Assembly: GCF_001194135.2 (NCBI RefSeq) | Contig: NC_068998.1 | Span: forward strand, 1,171,585-1,214,952 | Length of the DNA stretch: 43,368 nt | Source: Octopus bimaculoides | Lineage: Eukaryota | Direction: 5' to 3' | Part shown: positions 1 to 43,368 of the stretch, one piece after another | Numbering within the stretch: the first letter of the stretch is position 1 | Layout of the letters: each line of letters starts with the position of its first letter | The notes under the pieces: generated by a model | What the model saw: the letters and a program-made list of their open reading frames with translations, nothing else | Database searches by the model: none | What the model was told of the DNA's origin: nothing | Made by a program: the position numbers and the translations under genes

Positions 1-41
<41 letters not shown>

Positions 42-563
42 GTGTATATGTCTGACATAATTGCTGAACTCTGGATGCACCATGGATTATGAATAAATTA
101 AAATATTGATTCCTTGTTATATGTAGCCTAAGGCCCCAATGTTGACGTTGTGCTAGTTCGGTTAACGAGATCGAACCATCACTGTCACTTCCACAACTTC
201 CGCTGACCATTTTGGGAAATTAAAAGAAATGGAACTTAACGATTTGTTAATTAATAATGAAACCAGCCAGTTTTTTTTTTAGTTTTTTATCCGTGTTGTT
301 AATTTGCTGTGAAGAAAAACCATCATGAGGTCCGATTCACAGTGTGAAAGAATACATATAAATATGATATTATTGGTATACACACACATTTACGTAAGTA
401 TGCACACTCACACAAACACACACATGCGAACACTTACACACACACAGCCACTTTATATACTTAATAATGTGAATGTACAGTCTTGACATTACGTATGTTT
501 GTTTTACGCTTCTCATCCCTCTCTCCCTCTCTGTCACCCTCTCTCTCTCTCTCCCTCTCTGTC

Positions 564-607
<44 letters not shown>

Positions 608-1528
608 CCTCCCTATCAATTTGTCTATCTGCCTGTCTGTCAGTATGTATGTAGGTATGTATGCTTCTCTATTTGTATGTACATGTAATATGATACGTTC
701 GCGTGTAAATATTGTTTTATTTAGCCTCTTAACCATCAATTCATAATTTTATCCCTGATTCTGTTTAATTCTTTACTAATACACACGCGCGCGCGCACAC
801 ATATACACACATCTAATCAAGGTGTTATTACATTCCTTGTTATATGTGATAATTAACAATTAAATCATTCAAGTAGTGTTGCCACCGGTTATTGTCTTCC
901 GACAAACAGGCAGGTGCACTGACATGGACGGAGTTCAACAGACAAGCTTATAGATGCGGGAGTTCCTTTTACCTGTGCGCGCTACATTGAAAATATGCAA
1001 AACTTTTCTGAAATTCAACCTGCAATCAATTCTTTAATTCTTTGCTGGCTTTGTTGTGTAAATTCCATTGCTGTAATTTTGTTAGAAATCCATTCATCAG
1101 GGGGAAATTCCGATAGAGTTTTAGATAAATTAATACATAAGAACACACACGCACACATGCATATATACATATGTATATGATATATACATAGTGTATGTAT
1201 ATGTATGTAGGTCTATGTATGTATGTATGTATGTATGTATGCATCTATGTATGTGTATATATGTAGTACCTATCCTTTTGATAAGTCCCCCTGTACGAAA
1301 TATGTACACACACACACATATATATAAAACATATATGTATGTATATATATATAATATGTATATATATATAATATATGTGTGTATATATATATATACATAT
1401 ATTTATATATGTATATACATAAATATATATATATAATATAATATGTATATATAATATATATGTGTGTATATATATACATATATATATATATGTATATACA
1501 TAAATATATATGTATATCTATCTATGTA

Positions 1529-1607
<79 letters not shown>

Positions 1608-3965
1608 GCATACAAACATGTTTGATGGTGTGTGTGTGTGTGTGTGTAACAAACATAACTAATATTAAAAATTCCTTCACCCTTTAGTATGTTTGTAGAT
1701 ACACTGACTGAATGGACGTTGGGATGGCCATAATTAGAACCTCTTCGGTCAGCTAGAACAACAACAACAACTGTAGCTATTCATTCTCTTACCCTACATA
1801 ATTAGAAGATAATGTAGTCTTTGATACTCCATGTCAGAATAAAAGATAGGAGTCTTTGATCAGACTCTGCCTGAACTGGACTGACCTGGGGCTAAACTAT
1901 AAGAAAAATGTCTTAGAATCATTTTTCAAAAAATTTCAATTTTTCATTTATTTCTACAAGTTATTTATTTATTTATTTATTTCAGATTTTGCCAAGCAAC
2001 TCGACTACTAACTGGACTTACTTTACACAAGAATGGCGAAGTTCTGTTGAAGAATTAACCAAATTTCAAAGAAAACGAAGTGAAGGATTGCGAGAAAAGT
2101 AATATACTTCATCAGGATTATTGGATTAAAAATTAATTAACAAATTAATATTAATAAAATTATAAACTGAAAATATATAGACAAACAGGCCTACACAAAA
2201 AGATAAACGTATATTCATATATAAAATGTTTATACAAGTGTTATGAAAGTAACCATATTTGGTGTAGTTCCGTCCGATATAATGTTGCATTATATATCCT
2301 CCTCAACACACCTGAATATGATCTATCCAAAGATAGGATGTATATAAATAAATATTGTACACATACATACAACATGTGCGTATATATATATTACATATGT
2401 AGTTACTGTTTTACTACAGAATTTTAAAAGATATATTTACACACAGACATTGACAGAAAGACGATTACCGAAGAATACTTATATATATATATTTGTGTGC
2501 GTGTGTGTGTCCATGCGAATTCATATATACACAAATATTTGGAAAAAGAACTTTGTAAAAATTTTCCTGGAAGATTTTATTTCTTTGAGAAATTTGAATT
2601 TTCCTTGAGATCACGCGCACACGCACACACATTCGTTTATATATATTGCTATACACCGTTACTGAAACATTCTTACGCAATGGAACCTACTCAAAGAGAG
2701 TATATATACATACACTCAAATATGTAAACTCTAGCACACACATACATCTTACCGCCCTCGAATCATCCATCCATCTAGTTGTCTATTTTTCTTTTTTTTT
2801 TCTAAACATCCCGTCATCAATCTATGATCCTCACACAGTTATTCGACTAAAATATAGTTTCAATTCAAAGTGAAACCCTTATTTCACTAAACATCATACA
2901 CAATCCGTCCCTTTCACCCCTTTTTTTTTTCTTTCCTATTGACTTCTATTTTACATTCAAATCTTTTAGTTTTGAAATTTATAAATTTATTCCANNNNNN
3001 NNNNNNNNNNNNNNNNNNNNNNNNNNNNNNNNNNNNNNNNNNNNNNNNNNNNNNNNNNNNNNNNNNNNNNNNNNNNNNNNNNNNNNNNNNNNNNCACACA
3101 CACACACATGTATATATTCTTTTACAGTCTTCAACCCAAAGGCTGTGGCCGTGTTGGGGCACCGCATATGAAAATATGCAAGCATGTAAAATGTTAAGTC
3201 GGCTCATAAACATTAACGACACCGTTTTATGATAGAATATTAGAATATTAAAATATCGAGAATATCAGAATCTTAGAATCCTGGTGAGAAGCAACAGCAG
3301 GCAGTTGTTATCTCTCCATGGAACTTATGTAGAGGAATGTGTTCAGAATTTTAATTATATATTAGACACAAGCAAACACACACGCACACACACACACGCA
3401 CGTTTATTGGCGCACGTAGAAATACAAACAGAAGAATGTGTGAGAGATAGAAAGTAAGGTCGGGGTATTCATCATTAAAAGAAATAATTTTAATTAATTT
3501 AAATAATAATAATAGCAATATTAATAACGGTAACATTAGTTGCAATTATTGTTTTATCCTTTGGCATCCATCATTTTTACATAGTCCCAACAACAATTTT
3601 ATGCTTATATTTTGTTTATATAGTTTTCTCATTCCTTCAGTAGTTTGGACAAAAACGGTCACAAGTTTTAGTTTATAAACTCCCTTTAATAACAACCAGT
3701 GAAGGAATCTACTTAACGGTTTGTCTGTTTAGAATATTCTGCAAGTGTGGTTTCCTGTCGCAATATATTTTCAACTCTCTGATTCTATCGTTCTTTACAG
3801 ATTCAAATCTATATAAACTAGGTGACATAGTTAATCAGGAAGACTATAAGATATTATTATTATTATTATTATTATCATTATTATTTGCTGTTTCGTCGTT
3901 AAGTTGGTTGTGTTCACGTTGTGAAAGTTATGCGTTCAGCTTCCCAGCCCAGTGAAATCGAGTTG

Positions 3966-4032
3966 ATTGGAGTTGGCCAATTGCAAACCGTTCCAAATCC
4001 AGGTTGAAGTTGGTTGCCATTTCACTTCAGTT
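3966..4032 (+). promoter_or_regulatory. Candidate distal core promoter: two CCAAT boxes and an Inr-like TCAGTT
   Basis: ATTGG 3966-3970, CCAAT 3977-3981 and TCAGTT 4027-4032 in a non-repetitive segment upstream of Emx. Motif match only. Confidence 0.25.
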
Positions 4033-4983
4033 CTTCTGTTAAAATGCTTTCTTTTACGCGGGAAAGGCATGACTGTTACACATTTATAGAAAGATATCTT
4101 AGGCATTCTTGATTAACCAATTCAAACAAAATAATATATAGTTATTATTTACTTTATGCAACAGACAGATTGTCTTCGATTGATAGATTTAAAGTTCCCT
4201 TTCAAAAATAAGAAAACATCGTTGTCCTTGTTTAATTTTCATTGTTATTGCTTTTGTCATTATTATTGTTTATCTTATGACTGGACTTCCTTGTTGTTAT
4301 GAACGACAAATTCAACAAGTCTTTCTTGTGATAAACTCTACCCCATGGCTTAAAACTTGACGCTTGGTGTCTATTATCTGTTTGTTGGCAGCAGGTAGAA
4401 TATAAACTCTATAGCTATTTATAAAAATTATTTTTGTGTCAAAAATGTTTGGAAACTATAATTACTCATTATCTATAAAGATTATAAATTATCCTTGCCT
4501 CTTCTCGATTATATATAATATACGACACGTATAATAATAATAATAATAATAATAATATATACATATATATATATAAGACCAGAAATATGTTTGTTTACAA
4601 GGTGGGAGTATAAGGTACTTATGCTAGTGAGTTAGTGAGGACATTCGTATACAAATTGATAGATGCAACAACACATGCATATGTACACACCGACATGTAT
4701 ATACGTCTGTATAGACATCGACGTTTATTCATTTATAGGTAAATGTACGTAGCTTTAGAGTTAAACTAGAGAGCTACAAAAACGTTAGATATATATTGTT
4801 ATACACTCGTACTTACATTGAGAAAATAAGAGAAAGAGAGGGTGGGAGGGAGGGTGTGGTGTTAAAAAAATATGAGAAATCATGACATAATACCACAACA
4901 ATAACGAGAACAACATCATCAAATTTACAGCAACAATCATTATTATAACCCTAATATTTCTCTCCCTGAATTTTGAACAAATA

Positions 4984-4992
4984 TATAAAAAG
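4984..4992 (+). promoter_or_regulatory. Candidate TATA box TATAAAAAG
   Basis: About 155 bp upstream of the Emx ATG. Motif match only, in AT-rich DNA. Confidence 0.25.
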
Positions 4993-5140
4993 GGTCACTC
5001 ATTTTGTCTCCTATTGTTTGCTATTGTGGCGACAGGGAGTAGCTTTGTAAAGTAGCAGGGTCTTGGTGTAGGAGAGTGCGAACAAGTGTGAGTGCTATCA
5101 AAGGAGAGGAGGAGGGGTGGTGACAGGAAGGTGTGTCACC

Positions 5141-39487
<34,347 letters not shown>

Positions 39488-39594
39488 TGGCCATTTCGGG
39501 GGTTGACACGATCAACAAATCCGTTACTCACGCATCGATTTGTCTTTTAAGAAAACGAAATTAAAAAAAAAAAGACAGCGCAAAACGAAAGGAA

Positions 39595-39600
39595 AATAAA
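39595..39600 (+). other. First candidate polyadenylation signal AATAAA after the Emx stop
   Basis: AATAAA about 110 nt after the stop; further AATAAA repeats near 39690-39710. Confidence 0.3.
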
Positions 39601-39613
39601 GACTATATCCATA

Positions 39614-39632
39614 ACACCACCAGGGGGTGCTA
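39614..39632 (+). promoter_or_regulatory. CTCF-like motif ACACCACCAGGGGGTGCTA
   Basis: Core CCACCAGGGGGTGCTA has one mismatch to the consensus core and forms a GC island in AT-rich DNA 130 bp past the stop. Confidence 0.55.
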
Positions 39633-40067
39633 ATGCCTCTTTATTGTCTATTGTTGCTCTTCTACAAAAACGTAAGCAAGCTTGGGAAAATAAATAAATA
39701 AATAAATAAATAACGGTGATGAAATCTATGGAGAAAGGCAAAACAAATGTAAAAACAACCTGAATAAAAATAACAACATTGACTATCATCATGAAAAACA
39801 GAAATAAAATTTCGATTACATGTTGAAAATATTTGAGAGATATTTAGTAGAGTTTTTGAAGAGAGTGTAATGAGTCAGAGTGTGAGAAAAGAAGGAGGAA
39901 AAGGGGGGGGGGAGATAGAAACGAGGAATGAAAAAGAGAAAGGTGTGTGTGAATATATATATCTTTGTATATGCATACATATAGAGGTATATATATGCAT
40001 GTATTTAATGTTTATACTTATATGTAGTTATGTATATATGTGTGTATATATGTGTCTTTCTATGTGC

Positions 40068-40100
<33 letters not shown>

Positions 40101-40880
40101 GGCAGAGTGGAACAGATTATGATGGGGAGTGGCTGTGGATGACGGTGGCAGTAATGGTAACAATAAATAAATTAATAAAATGAGAAATTCTAATTAAATC
40201 TAATACCTCTCATATTTGTAGGTAAAACACAAGGAACATATTTACACACACACACATACGCATGCATACAAATGTGTGTGTGGACACAGTCTATGCTTTT
40301 AATAAGGGCAAGAATGAAATGGCATCTGCCGAATTGATCTGCGATTAACTGGAAATAATATCGTCTAGTATAGCTACAGTAGCCTGGAAAACTATCTGGG
40401 TTCTTGAACTGCTTGAAATAACAGTCAAATCTCCCTCACCACATCTTTATCTTTTATTTTATAAAGAAATATAGCAAAGCCACACTTAGAGACGTATCGG
40501 GAAACAAAAACCAAAAAAGACGAGATGGTCTCGGCCAGGTTAAACGGCACCAACCTAAATCCAACTTACTCGGGTGCAAGAGTTTACAATTGAGGTCTGA
40601 AGAATATGTACATTCTTCGAAAGGAGAAGGATACTTTTCTGGGAATAAATTAATTATTTAATTAAGCAGTTACTCAATAACAATTACAATATATCGATTG
40701 ATCAATTATTTGGAAGATGAAGTTCGACAAGTTGCTTTTAACGAATTCTTCAGAAATCATCGAGGGGATAATTTCGGTGCTGCCGGATGTTTACACCTCG
40801 GTGCTTCCACACTTGAATACATATTGACATACATGCATAAAGACAAGTACACACATAAAAATCATGCATACTGATGTATG

Positions 40881-40933
<53 letters not shown>

Positions 40934-41385
40934 ACACACACACACACACACACATTTGTGTGTGTGTATCTATATGCATGTTCTTTGATTGAAAAAGTTA
41001 TGTTTTGATGTCAGCGTATTGTTAAAGCCATCCACAGCAAGGGACTTGAATGATGTGTGTGTTTGTGTGCGCGCGCAGGAGAGACAGACAGACAGGAAAA
41101 AGAGAGGAGGGGGAAACAAAGGTAGATGGTGGAAAATGTGACAGGGTTGAATGAAGGAGAACGAAAGGAAATATATATTACTTCAAATGTATTTATTTCA
41201 TGCCTCATTGATTTCAACATCAAGGCGTACATAAAGAAATTACCTGAGCGAAACACACAAACACACTGCTAGTAATATTTATGATTGCATCTAATCACGA
41301 AAAGAAAAAGAAAAAAGTGCTCCGCGGTATTTGAAACGCCGAACAGAAAGTTGTTGAAACAGATGAAATAATGGTGAGGATGATG

Positions 41386-41595
41386 ATAATCCTTTCTACT
41401 ATAGGCACAAGGCCTGAAATGGGGGTAAGTCGATTACATCGACCCCAGTACTCAACCTGTACTTACTTTATCGACCTTGAGAGGATGGAAGGCAAAGTCG
41501 ACCTCCACGGAATTTGAACTCAGAACGTAAAGTCGGGTGAAATGCCGCTAAGCATTTTGTCCGGCGTACTAACGATTCCGCCAGCTCGCCACCTT
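41386..41595 (-). mobile_element. SINE family 1, full length
   Basis: Reverse complement of the consensus; first of a tandem pair. Confidence 0.9.
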
Positions 41596-41615
41596 AATAA
41601 TAATAATAATAATAA

Positions 41616-41830
41616 TAATCCTTTCTACTATAGGCACAAGGCCTGAAATTTGGGGGGGAGGGGGCCAGTCGATTAGATCGACCCAGTATGCAACTGGTAT
41701 TTAATTTATTGACCCCCGAAAAGATGACAAGGTCGACCTCGGCGGAATTTGAACACGGAACGCAGCGACAGGCGAAATACTGGTAAGCATTTTGCCCGCC
41801 GTGCTAACGATTCTGCCAGCTCGCCGCCTC
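41616..41830 (-). mobile_element. SINE family 1, full length
   Basis: Second of the tandem pair, separated by (AAT)n. Confidence 0.9.
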
Positions 41831-42679
41831 ATAATAATAATAATAATAATAATAATTATTATAATAAACAAGATCAGTGATAATAATAATAATTGATCAG
41901 TATACTGGCATAATTATACCACTGTGCTAAAACAAAATGATGACGGCTATGATGATGATGATGATTGTGATGATGATGATGTTAATAAAAATTATAATTT
42001 CCAAAATAAACACTTTGTACAAACCGATATATGAATACTTAACAGCTTTGTTCTTGAAGGAATTGTAAAAAAAAAAAAAAAAAAAACCAAAAACAAATAT
42101 TAAACAAAGATGAACAGTATGTAATGTAAAGAAAATATCAACAAAAATAACAGGAAAAAGGCCGCTTATGTAATGAAGAAATTATTTGAGGAAACAAACA
42201 AATTGTAAATGAACTTTTTTTTTCTCCAAATGATAGAACAAAATGAAAATAAGTAAAAGATAAAATTAAAAAACTATAAATCCTGATGACGGAAATTATT
42301 ATTATTATTATTAAAATATCATATTGTAAATAACAACAACAACAATAATAATAATAATAATAACGATGGATCCAAACTTAGCCGCAAGGCCAGACATTAA
42401 CATGGAGGAGACGTAGAGTTGTCTCAATGGAAGTCAAAACTGGGAAAGACAACAAGGAAAACTTAACGTGATTTGAACAATATGATCAATTACAATGAAA
42501 AAGCGCCAAGTATTTGCTCTGGTGCTCTTCCGATTTTCTCAATAACTAGCTTCATAACTGTCACAGTGATGAGGATATCACTAGATATAACTTCTCTTAT
42601 ACTATACTATACTATACATATATATATATATATCGGTCTGCATGCATACATGTATGTACGAATGCATGTATACACACAT

Positions 42680-42717
<38 letters not shown>

Positions 42718-43250
42718 TTCAAAGGATATTGAATTAGTTCAAAGGTGAATGCACTATATCATATTGAAAAAATTTCTTGTACAAATAAGTTCACCGTATG
42801 CATACACAAATATATAATATATATGCCAGTTATGTGTATATATATATGTTCATATATATATATATATATATATAATCATATATATATACACACGCGCAAA
42901 CACTCACACAAATGAGTAATGCAAACAAACGCGCGATTATATTGGCTGTTTATTTTTGTTCTATTTCATTTTCAAAATTATCTTCCTTACATGGATTCGA
43001 TCGTTGGATATGGTGGTTACAGTGGCGGCTATTTAATGTGTGGGGAGAGACAAATAACATTATCTACATTGTGTTTTATGTTGCTCTTATTTTATTTTTA
43101 ATGCTCATTGTTAAAATGTATAGACGGAGCATGTATACACATACACACAGGCACACACCCGCACAAATGTACACACCGAAACATTCATACGTAAATACAT
43201 AAATATATACATATATATGAACATGTATATTTTATATATATGTATGTAGA

Positions 43251-43306
<56 letters not shown>

Positions 43307-43368
43307 AAAAATTAAGTTAACTCAGAAATCTGGATGTTTGTACATTTACAGATTTTTATTAATGTCAT

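Overview
AT-rich, microsatellite-saturated eukaryotic scaffold with 8 N-gaps. The SINE families and repeat landscape suggest an octopod cephalopod, which is an inference. The window holds one protein-coding gene, an Emx/empty-spiracles homeobox gene on the + strand with three coding exons: 5141-6576, 38510-38682 and 39269-39487. Intron 1 is about 31.9 kb and intron 2 is 586 bp. Exon 1 looks broken at a 10-N gap, but the 36 nt on either side are identical; collapsing them restores one frame and a 593-aa protein with a very long low-complexity N-terminus. Intron 1 carries three decayed Tc1/mariner elements, many tRNA-derived SINEs and a foldback/MITE with a nested SINE. It also carries a probable Penelope-like ORF remnant and several short repeats with Penelope-type minimal hammerhead ribozyme motifs, all apparently degenerate. 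Other points of interest are a minisatellite built from overlapping STAT/ETS/HSE-like motifs and two strong CTCF-like motifs, one intronic and one just past the stop codon. No prokaryote-type system (CRISPR, operon) is present, and nothing here can be shown to be a wholly new system from sequence alone.
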